Assembly: GCA_049322675.1 (NCBI GenBank)
Contig: JBMORM010000025.1
Location: 520-64,519 of the forward strand
From: Patescibacteria group bacterium
GTDB taxonomy: Bacteria; Patescibacteriota; JAHJAL01
DNA: 64,000 nucleotides
Direction: 5' to 3'
A program made the position numbers and the translations under genes. The notes below the pieces were generated by a model. It was not told the origin of the DNA, searched no databases, and saw only the letters and a list, made by a program, of their open reading frames with translations. Shown one piece after another: positions 17,541 through 27,012 of the stretch (positions within the stretch are counted from its first letter, which is position 1; each line of letters begins with the position of its first letter).

Positions 17541-18763
17541 AAAAATATTTAGAATACATCAAATTGGAACAAGAAAGACAAAATAATACGATATGTTTGA
17601 TTGCTTCGGAAAATTATGTCAGTAAAGATGTTTTGTCGGCTTTGGGGAGTTGTTTGACAAATAAATATGCTGAAGGATATCCAAAAAAAAGATATTATGC
17701 TGGTAATAGGATAATTGACGAAGTGGAGTTGTGGTGCATAAACCAGGCTTTAAAGGCATTTAATTTGGGGAGTAATTCTTGGCATGTTAATGTACAACCA
17801 TATTCTGGTAGTCCAGCTAATTTGGCAATTTATTTGGGATTATTAAAACCAGGAGATAAGGTGATGGCTTTGCAGTTGAGTCAAGGCGGACATCTTACTC
17901 ATGGTCATTCTGTTAGTTTTACGGGAAAATTATTTAATTTTGTTCACTATGGGGTTGATGAAAATGGTTGGATTGATTATGACAAGGTTGAGCGACAGGC
18001 GGTTGAATATAAACCTAAGTTAATAGTTTCAGGAACAACAGCGTATTCTCGAAAATTGGATTTTAAACGTTTTAGGAAGATTGCTGATAAAGTGGGAGCA
18101 TTATTATTGGCTGATATTTCTCATATTGCTGGCTTGATTGCTACGGGGTTACATCCTAATTGCTTTGATTATGCGGATGTAGTGATGACTACAACACACA
18201 AGACTTTGAGAGGTCCGAGGGGAGCAGTGATATTTTGTCAAAAAAAATATGCTAACATGATTGACAAGGCAGTGTTTCCTGGTATGCAAGGAGGTCCTCA
18301 TTTGAATGTAATATTGGCGAAAGGAGTGGCTTTTCTTGAAGCCCAGGATAAAAATTTTATTAAGTATCAAAAGCAAGTTATTGAGAATGCGAGAGTATTG
18401 GCCGAGGAATTAATTAAAAATCATGTTTCCATAGTTACGGGAGGGACTGAAAATCATTTAATGTTGATAGATTTACAAAAAAGTAAGCATGGCGCTTCAT
18501 TTTTTCAGGATAGGTTGGAAGAGGTGGGAATAGTAGTTAACAAAAATACTATACCGAATGATCCCCGGAGTCCATTGGATCCTTCAGGAATAAGAGTGGG
18601 AACTCCAGCGGTAACTACCAGAGGAATGAAGAAAAAAGAGATGAAAAAAATTGCCCAAATTATCGGACAATTGTGTAAAGATGATGTTTCAGATTTGGTT
18701 TTAGGTAGATTAAAGAAACAAGTTAGAGGTCTGACGGATAGTTTTCCGCTAAAGGATTTATAA
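17537..18763 (+). CDS. glyA: Serine hydroxymethyltransferase
   Basis: It has VNVQPYSGSPAN and the PLP-lysine block TTTHKTLRGPRG. Confidence 0.95.
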   Translation: MKKYLEYIKLEQERQNNTICLIASENYVSKDVLSALGSCLTNKYAEGYPKKRYYAGNRIIDEVELWCINQALKAFNLGSNSWHVNVQPYSGSPANLAIYLGLLKPGDKVMALQLSQGGHLTHGHSVSFTGKLFNFVHYGVDENGWIDYDKVERQAVEYKPKLIVSGTTAYSRKLDFKRFRKIADKVGALLLADISHIAGLIATGLHPNCFDYADVVMTTTHKTLRGPRGAVIFCQKKYANMIDKAVFPGMQGGPHLNVILAKGVAFLEAQDKNFIKYQKQVIENARVLAEELIKNHVSIVTGGTENHLMLIDLQKSKHGASFFQDRLEEVGIVVNKNTIPNDPRSPLDPSGIRVGTPAVTTRGMKKKEMKKIAQIIGQLCKDDVSDLVLGRLKKQVRGLTDSFPLKDL

Positions 18764-19138
18764 AGCGATATTTACTATTTTCATCATCACAAAGATAGTA
18801 ACGGAAGCAACAATCAGAAAACGACCGGCGTAGGTAAGTTGTTTACTGTCTTTGATCATATTATGGTTTCGGCGATAGATAAAGACAGCATATATGATTT
18901 GAAATAGACCGATTGTTGCCAAGATGTAGGTTTGGATATTTAGACTGGTAGTAACAATATCTAGGCTATTGCTACACATTTCTAGTTCATAGAAATTTCC
19001 GGGATTGTAAAAGTAATTGAGTGCATCTTCTTGATTCCACTTGGCACATGAATTTAGTAGGATGACGGTGATTATAAGGGTTAGGATACCTATGCAGATA
19101 ATGTAAATAATGTTTTTTATAAGATGACGGTTGATCAT
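18758..19138 (-). CDS. Hypothetical small membrane protein (3 TM)
   Basis: It is a 126-aa ORF on the opposite strand. It lies between glyA and tRNA-Leu. It is hydrophobic, with no recognisable family. Confidence 0.45.
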   Translation of the reverse strand: MINRHLIKNIIYIICIGILTLIITVILLNSCAKWNQEDALNYFYNPGNFYELEMCSNSLDIVTTSLNIQTYILATIGLFQIIYAVFIYRRNHNMIKDSKQLTYAGRFLIVASVTIFVMMKIVNIAL

Positions 19139-19157
19139 TGTTTGATTAGTTTGAAAG

Positions 19158-19241
19158 TGGGCAAGGAGGGAATCGAACCCTCATGGAGGTAGCTCCATAC
19201 GATTTTGAGTCGTACGCGTCTGCCAGTTCCGCCACTCGCCC
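19158..19241 (-). tRNA. tRNA-Leu (anticodon CAA), class II with long variable arm
   Basis: The reverse complement folds as a tRNA. The acceptor stem is GGGCGAG/CTTGCCC. The anticodon stem is TACGA/TCGTA, with loop CTCAAAA. The variable stem-loop is TGGAG-ctac-CTCCA. The T-arm is GAGGG-TTCGATT-CCCTC. It is 84 nt. Confidence 0.7.
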
Positions 19242-19292
19242 AAATGAAATTAGTATTTTTGGTTATTTTTATTATATTTTTAAGATAGTTGA

Positions 19293-19313
19293 TTGTCAAT
19301 TGATTATTGACAA
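19293..19313 (+). promoter_or_regulatory. Perfect inverted repeat TTGTCAAT-N5-ATTGACAA overlapping a -35-like TTGACA, upstream of the sortase gene
   Basis: The 8-bp arms are exact reverse complements. TTGACA at 19307..19312 is followed by an AT-rich spacer and -10-like sequence. Confidence 0.35.
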
Positions 19314-19372
19314 ATATTATTAAATATTATACAGTAATGACAGTTTATATTTTAGAGGTTCGGTGTTCTTTC

Positions 19373-20083
19373 TTGATGAAAAATATAGTAATAAAAATTG
19401 TGAATGGAGTAGTTGTTGCAATAACTGGTTTTATGGTTGTTTTTGGTGCGGTGGTAGTTGCATTAAATTGGCCTTCTTTTTGGCAACGGTTGAGTGTTGT
19501 CAATATCGATGAACAAAAAGTGGAAGCCAAGGAAGTGAAAAATGAAGAAAAAAACATTAAAACATATGATGGGGAGATAAATAGTCAGTATGTATTGTTT
19601 CCTCAGTTTTTTGTTTCAAAAGTAGATCTTGATTTGGAGAATAAATATGGAAGTGAAATGTCGGAGGAAAGTATATTGATACCAAAATTGGGTATAAGTT
19701 CTCCGATAAAATATTTGAATACTTTGGATGATTCGGTGATGAAATTGACTCTAAAAGAGGGAGTTGTGCATTATCCTGATACTGCGATGCCTGGAGAAAA
19801 AGGTAATGTTTTTATTTTTGGTCATAGTTCATACTATTGGTGGGATTGGTCTGAATATAATTCAATCTTTGCAAATTTGGAAATGATTGGCATTGGTGAT
19901 GAAATTATTGTTAAATCTCAGGGAAGATTGTTGGTTTATCGAGTGAAAAATACAAAAGTAGTTGAAAGTAATGATTTGAGTGTTTTGGAACAAGGAACAG
20001 GATATAATTTGACTTTGATGACTTGCACGCCTTTGGGAACCGATCTAAGAAGATTTATTGTTGAATCGGAATTAGTTAATTAG
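19373..20083 (+). CDS. Sortase (transpeptidase) family protein
   Basis: It has an N-terminal TM anchor. The His motif is FIFGHSSY. The catalytic Cys motif is TLMTCTP (TLxTC). A likely Arg follows at DLRRF. The track start at 19307 is probably an over-extension. Confidence 0.7.
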   Translation: MMKNIVIKIVNGVVVAITGFMVVFGAVVVALNWPSFWQRLSVVNIDEQKVEAKEVKNEEKNIKTYDGEINSQYVLFPQFFVSKVDLDLENKYGSEMSEESILIPKLGISSPIKYLNTLDDSVMKLTLKEGVVHYPDTAMPGEKGNVFIFGHSSYYWWDWSEYNSIFANLEMIGIGDEIIVKSQGRLLVYRVKNTKVVESNDLSVLEQGTGYNLTLMTCTPLGTDLRRFIVESELVN

Positions 20084-21404
20084 AATTTTTTAGATTTATT
20101 TTTATTAACAAATCCTGATCAAATTGTTTTTCAATGGTCAGGATTTTTTCTTGATATTTATTGATAATGATAAAATTGTATTGTTTTTCATTTTTTATAA
20201 TAGTTTTATTGTTTTCTCCGCTTAAATCAATGCTTTGAATAGTATTGTCTGTGGCATATATAATATTTCCGTTGTTTTTCCAGATGGCGCCATTGATTTT
20301 ACTGCTCAACCTCAATAGTGTATTAGTGTTCATGTTGTTGTCGACGATAACTATTTCATTATCGTTGAGGAAAAGTGTGTTTTGTTGATCAGGAGAAATT
20401 TCGTAGTTGGATACATTGGTGTTAAGAGAATTGAGACGAGAAGAATAGATTTCGTATATGTAAGAAATATTGTTTGAATTGAGTAATAGCCAATTTTTTT
20501 CTGGTATGAGAAAAAAAGAAGTAATGTTTTGATCAAACTTTAGGTTGGTTTTGTTTTTAAATAGTAGGTTATACGCAATGATCGTGTTGGAATTGTTGTT
20601 TTCTTGATAATAAATATGATTATTAAGGATTATGGGATTGAAGATATTCTCTAAAAATAAGGTTGGGGTAATATTGGAATTTGAATTGATGTTTGTCTTG
20701 AAAAGATTATTTTGCAAAAGAAAGTAAATATTTTCATTGGTTATGTTGTCTATTCCAATTAGTTGATTTGGCTTAAGATCTATGTCGAGACTGATATTTG
20801 CTAGATTGCCGTTGTATATATTTAAGATTTGGATATTGGTTTTATCTTCTAGTGGGTTTATGATTGCAATAATGTTTTTATTGAGCCATTTTATTTGGAT
20901 GTTAGGGTTAATTTGCACTTGAGGGAAAAATTGGACTTGATCAGATTCTTTGGTGACGATATACAATTTTTCGGCGTTAACATAGGCAATATTTGATTGG
21001 TTTATTGTTGCTTGATTAATGTAAGCAATTTCTTGAATTGATGGATTGATTGGGATAAATAATATGTTGTTTTCATTGTGGATTTTTCCGGCTTGAATAT
21101 CTATTTGTTTGTTCCAATTTTGGTAATTTGCACATTTGATTTCGACAAGATATTTATTGGGAATTAGATTGGGTATTTCGATTGTTTTTTGGTTTTTCTT
21201 TTGGTTGACTAGATTTCCGTCGAGATAGATTGAACAATTTTTCTCGATAGGATTGAGACGGATAATTCCGGTTTTGATTATTTGATGTTTATTGAAATCA
21301 TATCGATAACCTAGGGAGTATGACAATATAAGGGTGCCAAAAATCAGAAAAAATAAAATTAGACAAATATAAAATAAAAGAATTTGATAAAAGTTGTGTT
21401 TCAT
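20076..21404 (-). CDS. Asn-rich membrane-anchored protein with PEGA-like domain and predicted beta-propeller region
   Basis: It has an N-terminal TM helix. A PEGA-like segment, SIYLDGNLVNQ...YLVEIKCANYQ, follows. The rest is repetitive and Asn/Ile-rich, with a beta-strand-like periodicity. Its composition is strongly atypical for this window. Confidence 0.5.
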   Translation of the reverse strand: MKHNFYQILLFYICLILFFLIFGTLILSYSLGYRYDFNKHQIIKTGIIRLNPIEKNCSIYLDGNLVNQKKNQKTIEIPNLIPNKYLVEIKCANYQNWNKQIDIQAGKIHNENNILFIPINPSIQEIAYINQATINQSNIAYVNAEKLYIVTKESDQVQFFPQVQINPNIQIKWLNKNIIAIINPLEDKTNIQILNIYNGNLANISLDIDLKPNQLIGIDNITNENIYFLLQNNLFKTNINSNSNITPTLFLENIFNPIILNNHIYYQENNNSNTIIAYNLLFKNKTNLKFDQNITSFFLIPEKNWLLLNSNNISYIYEIYSSRLNSLNTNVSNYEISPDQQNTLFLNDNEIVIVDNNMNTNTLLRLSSKINGAIWKNNGNIIYATDNTIQSIDLSGENNKTIIKNEKQYNFIIINKYQEKILTIEKQFDQDLLIKINLKNSN

Positions 21405-21412
21405 AATTATAA

Positions 21413-23287
21413 TTGTCTTATAAAGGAGGAGAGTTGAAGGATATTATTTTTCGAAAGGGTGGGTATCCTGGTAAGTCTATGGTATATTTTTTATCAAGAT
21501 TTGCCAAGCAGGCTTACGTAGCTGATTTTTCGGTGTTTTTTTTGTATGCCATTGTGGTGATTTTGGTGACTTGGCCGTTGATTATAAATATGAAAACAAC
21601 GATACCTGGCTTGGGAAATGATGGAGGTGACGGTTTTATTTTTTTATGGAATTTGTGGTGGGTGAAGAAACAATTTTTATTGGCGGGGGATTTCTTTTTT
21701 ACTAAATACATATATTATCCATTGGGAGTTAATCTTGTTTTTCATACTTTGACTTTGGGACAAAGTCTGTTGGGTGCGGTTGTTGGATTGATCTTTTCTC
21801 CTGTTCAGATTTTGAATGGTATTTTTTTGTTTTTCATGTGGTTGTCGGCGGTGTTTGGATATCTTCTAGCGAGGGATCTGTGGAAAAATCGTTTTGTAGC
21901 CTTATTTTCCGGTTTAATTTTTGCTTTTAGCCCATATTTATTATCGCAAGCTCGTGGTCATTTTAATTTGACGGCGATTTGGCCTTTTCCGGCTTTGACT
22001 TGGTTATGGTTGAAGGCGTTTCGAAGAAATAATTTGTTGTATTCAATTTTAACAGGATTAATTTTGGCGTTTTTGTGTTTGAATGATTGGCAATATTTTG
22101 TGTTTGGTTTGATTTTGTTTTTCTTTTTGTTGCTATATGCTTTTACTGATGAAGGAGGAAAAAGTTGGAAAAAATTCATTCTTTGGATGATCAGCGCGGC
22201 GGTGGCGGCTTTAATATTTGTTCCTTTTCTGATTAAGTCATTTTTGGTGGCTGATGGTTATTTGCCGAAAGCGTTGTTATCGGAAGTGACTTATTGGTCG
22301 GCGGATATAATCAGTTTTTTTATTCCGAGCAATATTAATACTTTTTTTGGAGAAATAGGAAACTATTTTGGTAATAAATATTATGGCGTGGGGATTGAGA
22401 GTCAATTATATTTGGGCTGGATTGTGATTGGTTTTTTTCTTTTGTCATTTTTCTTAAAAAAAGAAAAGAAAGATCGTCCAATATATTTTTGGCAGGTGAT
22501 GACGATTATTTTTGCTTTATTGGCTTTGGGACCTTTATTGAAAGTGTTTGGAAAAACTCAGTTTATTTTAAATGATACGGAATTTACTGTAGCTTTGCCT
22601 TATGTGTTGTTGTATAAGGTCCCTTTTTTGGATACTGCTAGGGTACCGTCGAGGTTTGTTGTTTTATTGATGATGTGTTTGGCGGTAGTTTTTGCTTGGG
22701 TGGTTAAGAAAATAATTGAATTGATATGGTTGAGTGTGAATTTTCCAAAATATCTTAGAGGGGGTTTGATTGTGTTGTTTGTGTTGATTGTGAGTGGATT
22801 TTTGTTTTTGGAATATTCTTCTTGGCCAATGATTTTTCAGAGAATTTATATTCCTGAGATTTATAAAGAAATAAAAAATGATCCAGACGAATTTACTGTT
22901 TTGGAATTGCCGCTATGGTGGGCTAGTGGTCATAGAGCGGTGGGGGATCAGAAGACAATTATTCAATATTGGCAAACGTATCATGAAAAGAGGATTTTGA
23001 ATGGTTCAGTTTCTAGGGTGCCGGATGCGGTTTTTGATTATTATCTTGAGAAGCCAGGAATAAAATATCTTATTGATGTTGAAAATAATATTTTGGAAAA
23101 TAGAGACAAAGATAAATTATTAGTGGAGAAAACTTGGGTTGACGATTTGGGTGTAAAATATATTGTTGTTCATAAAAAATATTATACTGATGATAATTAT
23201 TATGCAGTAAGGGCCTATTTGGAAAATGTTTTGGGTTATAAAGTATGGTACGAAGATCAGGGAGAATTGGGTTACAAGATAGTATAA
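21413..23287 (+). CDS. Large polytopic membrane protein, GT-C-fold glycosyltransferase-like (PMT/ArnT/YfhO-like)
   Basis: It has about 12 or more TM helices with a large C-terminal soluble domain. This architecture is typical of GT-C glycosyltransferases. An alternative start is TTG 21434 or ATG 21478. Confidence 0.4.
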   Translation: MSYKGGELKDIIFRKGGYPGKSMVYFLSRFAKQAYVADFSVFFLYAIVVILVTWPLIINMKTTIPGLGNDGGDGFIFLWNLWWVKKQFLLAGDFFFTKYIYYPLGVNLVFHTLTLGQSLLGAVVGLIFSPVQILNGIFLFFMWLSAVFGYLLARDLWKNRFVALFSGLIFAFSPYLLSQARGHFNLTAIWPFPALTWLWLKAFRRNNLLYSILTGLILAFLCLNDWQYFVFGLILFFFLLLYAFTDEGGKSWKKFILWMISAAVAALIFVPFLIKSFLVADGYLPKALLSEVTYWSADIISFFIPSNINTFFGEIGNYFGNKYYGVGIESQLYLGWIVIGFFLLSFFLKKEKKDRPIYFWQVMTIIFALLALGPLLKVFGKTQFILNDTEFTVALPYVLLYKVPFLDTARVPSRFVVLLMMCLAVVFAWVVKKIIELIWLSVNFPKYLRGGLIVLFVLIVSGFLFLEYSSWPMIFQRIYIPEIYKEIKNDPDEFTVLELPLWWASGHRAVGDQKTIIQYWQTYHEKRILNGSVSRVPDAVFDYYLEKPGIKYLIDVENNILENRDKDKLLVEKTWVDDLGVKYIVVHKKYYTDDNYYAVRAYLENVLGYKVWYEDQGELGYKIV

Positions 23288-23301
23288 AAAAAGGAGTAAA
23301 A

Positions 23302-24690
23302 ATGTATCGAGAATTGGAATTTCGAGAGATAATGCGTGATGGAAGGGTGGAGCATGAAGAAATAATTGAAGACAATCAAGAAGTAGTGATTGCAGATATT
23401 CAGGAGAGAGTTGATTTTTTGTCTGGTGATAGAAAGATGAAGATCTTGATAGTCGAGGACAATGAGGAATGTGATTTAAAGATTATTAAGTATAATTTGA
23501 CAAATGTATTGAGTATGGATCGGGTGGAAATGAGACATTGTGTCAACTATCAACAGTTTTCTCGATTGGAGGACAAAGAGGTTGATGTGGCTATTGTCGA
23601 TTTGAAATTATCGGAGGACGGTGATGAATACGAAGGAATGAGGGTTGTGCATGATTTAAATATGTTTTGTCCTAGTTGTCAGGTAGTGATTTTGAGTAGT
23701 CATTTGAATGATCGAATTGAGTTGGAAAGGGCGTGTGGGTTGGATGTTAGGTGTTTTCAAGTATTAGGAAAGGGGAATGATTGGCGTAAGTTGCCGAAGG
23801 TGGTGTTGGATGGTTTTTGTTTGTCGATACAAGAAAAATTTTGTCAGGAAAGAAAAAAAATACTAGAGGAGAAAGAAAAAGCAGAGTTGGAGCGCAATTT
23901 TTTGGCGGAAAAATTGAATCAAAATATACTTACACGTTCTATTGCTGCTGGTTTGATTCATGATTTGAAGGGTCCGGTTACCGGGATCGGAGGGTATGGA
24001 GATTTGTTGAAGGAAGAGTTGGAATCTGGGTTTCGAGATAGGGAAAAAAATTTGCAATTGCTAATGGAGAAAAAAATTGCTTTGGATGATTATTTTTTGT
24101 TCGAGAAGGAACAGATTAAGACTTGCAAGGAAAATATTGATGATTTATTTTTTGATTATAGAAAAAGCTTGGATGAATTGAAAAGAAGGTTTGATATTGG
24201 CATGGACTATCATCGTCCCAAAAACGAAAGTGTGGTTTTGTTGGGAGATACGGTGAAAAGAATGCTTGATTTTTTGTGTAAAACAAATAAGGTATCGTAT
24301 GAATTAAAAATAAATGAAGATTGTTTTTTAATGATTTGTGGAGATGATTTGAGAATGATTGTGGAAAATGCGGTATGTAATTCAATCCAATCAATGATAG
24401 AAAAAAGAGGTATCAGTTTGTCTAATGTGGTAAAAGTTAATATATTGAATAATGAGGAGAGTGTTTTAATGGAAATTGAAGACAATGGAGTAGGTTTGCC
24501 GGATTACAAAATGGATAAGTTGTTTTCCGGCGGTATTACGACTAAAAAGAACGGGAGTGGTTTGGGATTGATGACTATAAATAGGATTTTAAAATATTAT
24601 AGTGCCACGATGCATTTGGAAGATATCGCCGGGGGTGGAGCCAGGATGACAATATGGTTTCCAAAACAAGTAAATTCGAAAAATGAGTGA
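23302..24690 (+). CDS. Cytoplasmic hybrid histidine kinase with N-terminal receiver domain
   Basis: The REC region is KILIVEDNE...VAIVDLKLSEDGD...VLGKG. The H-box is HDLKGPVTG. The HATPase_c motifs are EIEDNGVGLP and GSGLGL. It has no TM helices. A ribosome-binding site AAGGAG precedes 23302. Confidence 0.65.
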   Translation: MYRELEFREIMRDGRVEHEEIIEDNQEVVIADIQERVDFLSGDRKMKILIVEDNEECDLKIIKYNLTNVLSMDRVEMRHCVNYQQFSRLEDKEVDVAIVDLKLSEDGDEYEGMRVVHDLNMFCPSCQVVILSSHLNDRIELERACGLDVRCFQVLGKGNDWRKLPKVVLDGFCLSIQEKFCQERKKILEEKEKAELERNFLAEKLNQNILTRSIAAGLIHDLKGPVTGIGGYGDLLKEELESGFRDREKNLQLLMEKKIALDDYFLFEKEQIKTCKENIDDLFFDYRKSLDELKRRFDIGMDYHRPKNESVVLLGDTVKRMLDFLCKTNKVSYELKINEDCFLMICGDDLRMIVENAVCNSIQSMIEKRGISLSNVVKVNILNNEESVLMEIEDNGVGLPDYKMDKLFSGGITTKKNGSGLGLMTINRILKYYSATMHLEDIAGGGARMTIWFPKQVNSKNE

Positions 24691-26698
24691 AAACCAAGAT
24701 ATAGAAAAAAGAATAAAGAAATTGAAAGAAACGATAAATTATCATCGTTATCTTTATCATGTTTTGGATAGACAAGAAATTTCTGAAGCAGCGTTGGATA
24801 GTTTGAAACACGAATTGTATTTGCTTGAACAGGATTATCCGGAATATGTTACTAAGGATTCACCCACTCAGAGAGTGGAAGGAAAGGTGTTGGACAAATT
24901 TGATAAAATTGAACATAAAAAGAGAATGATTTCTTTGAATGATATTTTTAGTTTTGATGAATTGGAGGAATGGGAGAAGAGAATTACTAAGTTAGTAAAG
25001 AATTTCAAGAAAAAGTATTATGTAGAAATAAAAATGGACGGTTTGGCAATTAGTTTGATTTACCGTAATGGTTTGTTGTTTAGAGGAGTAACCAGAGGGG
25101 ATGGAAAAATTGGTGAAGATGTGACCAATAATATTCGAACAATTGAGAGTATTCCTTTGGTATTGGATTTGTCTGATTTGGATGATCAGGCAAAATTGTT
25201 GGCAAGTGGCGAAATTGAGGTAAGGGGTGAAGTATATATGATGAAAGAGGAATTTGAGAGTTTGAATGCGAGACAAAAAGAAAAGGGTTTGCCATTGTAT
25301 GCCAATCCAAGAAATATTGCTGCTGGTTCGATTAGACAACTTGATCCGAAAGTTGCCGCCAAGAGGAAGTTAAAATTTATGGGGTATGATTTGGTAACGG
25401 ATTTGGGACAAAAAAATCATAGTGAGGCTCACGAGATATTGGTAAAGCTTGGTTTCCCTTCAAATAAGTATAACAAGCTATGTTTGGGATTAAATGAGGT
25501 GGAAAAGCAATATCAAAAAATTTTTGATTTGAGAAATAATCTTCCATATCAGATAGACGGAATGGTAGTGGTGGTAGATGAGTTGAGTTTTTGGTCAAAA
25601 TTGGGGATTGTTGGTAAAGCGCCTAGATATATGATTGCTTATAAATTTCCGGCCGAACAGTCGACAACCAAATTATTGAATATTGAAGTTCAGGTGGGAA
25701 GAACAGGGGCGATGACGCCAGTGGCGATTTTGGAACCGGTTAATGTAGCTGGTTCGGTGGTGAGTCGGGCAACTCTTCACAATGAAGAGGAAATACATAG
25801 AAAGGATATTCGGATAGGGGATACAGTTGTAGTGCAAAAGGCGGGAGATGTGATCCCGGAAATTGTTGAGTCGATAAAAACCATGCGTTTGGGATTGGAA
25901 AAAAAGTATATTTTGCCAGATATTTGTCCGGTGTGTGGAACAAAAGTGATAAAAAGCGATAAGGATACTATTGTCAGATGTGGTAACAAAAATTGTTTTG
26001 CTCAAGTTAGTCGCAGTATTAAACACTTTGTAGGTAAGGAGGCATTTGATGTTGCCGGGGTTGGTCCAAAGATTATTGATAAGTTGTTGGATGAAGGCTT
26101 GATTGCGGATGCGGCGGATTTGTTTTTTTTGACAGAGGGAGATTTGAAACCGTTGGAGAGAATGGCGGAAAAATCTGCCAAAAATATTGTTGCTTCGATT
26201 CAAAGTAGAAAAGAAATTGGACTTGATCGTTTGATTTTTGCTTTGGGTATTAGGCACGTTGGATTGCAAACATCGTATGATTTGGCACTGAAATATGGCT
26301 CTTTATCCAGATTATTTGCGATTGAGTTTGAAGAGTTGATGGGATTGGAGAATATTGGTGAAGTGGTGGCGAGATCGATTTATGAATATTTTCATGATCC
26401 AAAAAATAAGATCTTTATTGATAAGTTATTGAACTCGGGGATAAAATATCGCAGAATAAAAAATGAGGGTGGTTTGAATAACAAAACTTTTTTGATAACA
26501 GGTAGCTTGGAGGCAATGTCACGTGCACAAGCTTCCGAGTTGATTAGAAAGAATGGAGGACGGGTTATTTCATCAGTGGCGAAAGATTTGGATTTTTTGG
26601 TGGTAGGAGATAAACCCGGGTCAAAATTGGAAAAGGCCAAGAATTTGGGAGTAAAATTTTTGACTGAGGTGGATTTTTTGAAGTTGTTGAAAATATAA
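24683..26698 (+). CDS. ligA: NAD-dependent DNA ligase
   Basis: The adenylation motif is KMDGLAISL. It has a Zn finger, CPVCG...C. It has HhH and C-terminal BRCT domains. Confidence 0.95.
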   Translation: MSENQDIEKRIKKLKETINYHRYLYHVLDRQEISEAALDSLKHELYLLEQDYPEYVTKDSPTQRVEGKVLDKFDKIEHKKRMISLNDIFSFDELEEWEKRITKLVKNFKKKYYVEIKMDGLAISLIYRNGLLFRGVTRGDGKIGEDVTNNIRTIESIPLVLDLSDLDDQAKLLASGEIEVRGEVYMMKEEFESLNARQKEKGLPLYANPRNIAAGSIRQLDPKVAAKRKLKFMGYDLVTDLGQKNHSEAHEILVKLGFPSNKYNKLCLGLNEVEKQYQKIFDLRNNLPYQIDGMVVVVDELSFWSKLGIVGKAPRYMIAYKFPAEQSTTKLLNIEVQVGRTGAMTPVAILEPVNVAGSVVSRATLHNEEEIHRKDIRIGDTVVVQKAGDVIPEIVESIKTMRLGLEKKYILPDICPVCGTKVIKSDKDTIVRCGNKNCFAQVSRSIKHFVGKEAFDVAGVGPKIIDKLLDEGLIADAADLFFLTEGDLKPLERMAEKSAKNIVASIQSRKEIGLDRLIFALGIRHVGLQTSYDLALKYGSLSRLFAIEFEELMGLENIGEVVARSIYEYFHDPKNKIFIDKLLNSGIKYRRIKNEGGLNNKTFLITGSLEAMSRAQASELIRKNGGRVISSVAKDLDFLVVGDKPGSKLEKAKNLGVKFLTEVDFLKLLKI

Positions 26699-26710
26699 AA
26701 ATATATTTTT

Positions 26711-27004
26711 ATGTCGCAAGAACGTATTACTATTGATGAAGTAAAGAAAGTAGCTTCTTTGTGTAAGTTATCTTTTTCTGATGAAGAATTGATTTTGTTG
26801 CAAGGTGATTTATCAAAAATATTGGATTACGTGGCAAGTCTGCAGGAATTAAATGTAAAGGAAGTTGTGCCAACTTTTACGGTTATCCTAAAGAAAAATA
26901 TTTTGGAAAATGATTGCGTGTCTCCTTCGATTAAACGAGAAGATGTATTGGTTAATGCTGCCAATAAAGATGTGGCATATATTAGAACTAAAGCTGTGTT
27001 ATAA
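26711..27004 (+). CDS. gatC: Glu-tRNA(Gln) amidotransferase subunit C
   Basis: It is 97 aa. It has a GatC-like N-terminus, VKKVASLCKLSFSDEEL. It is adjacent to gatA. Confidence 0.8.
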   Translation: MSQERITIDEVKKVASLCKLSFSDEELILLQGDLSKILDYVASLQELNVKEVVPTFTVILKKNILENDCVSPSIKREDVLVNAANKDVAYIRTKAVL

Positions 27005-27012
27005 ATATCGGC

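Noticed and set aside
19307-19372. N-terminal extension of the sortase ORF, MTNIIKYYTVMTVYILEVRCSFL.
   Set aside because: It overlaps the palindromic promoter, has no ribosome-binding site, and precedes the natural TM-anchor start MKNIVIKIV. The downstream start at 19373 was preferred.
19139-21404. A tRNA-Leu-adjacent genomic island or integrated element, prompted by the tRNA, a strand switch and an aberrant-composition gene.
   Set aside because: There is no integrase, transposase, direct repeat of the tRNA 3' end, or phage or plasmid gene in the vicinity. The neighbours, sortase and a GT-C protein, are ordinary envelope genes.
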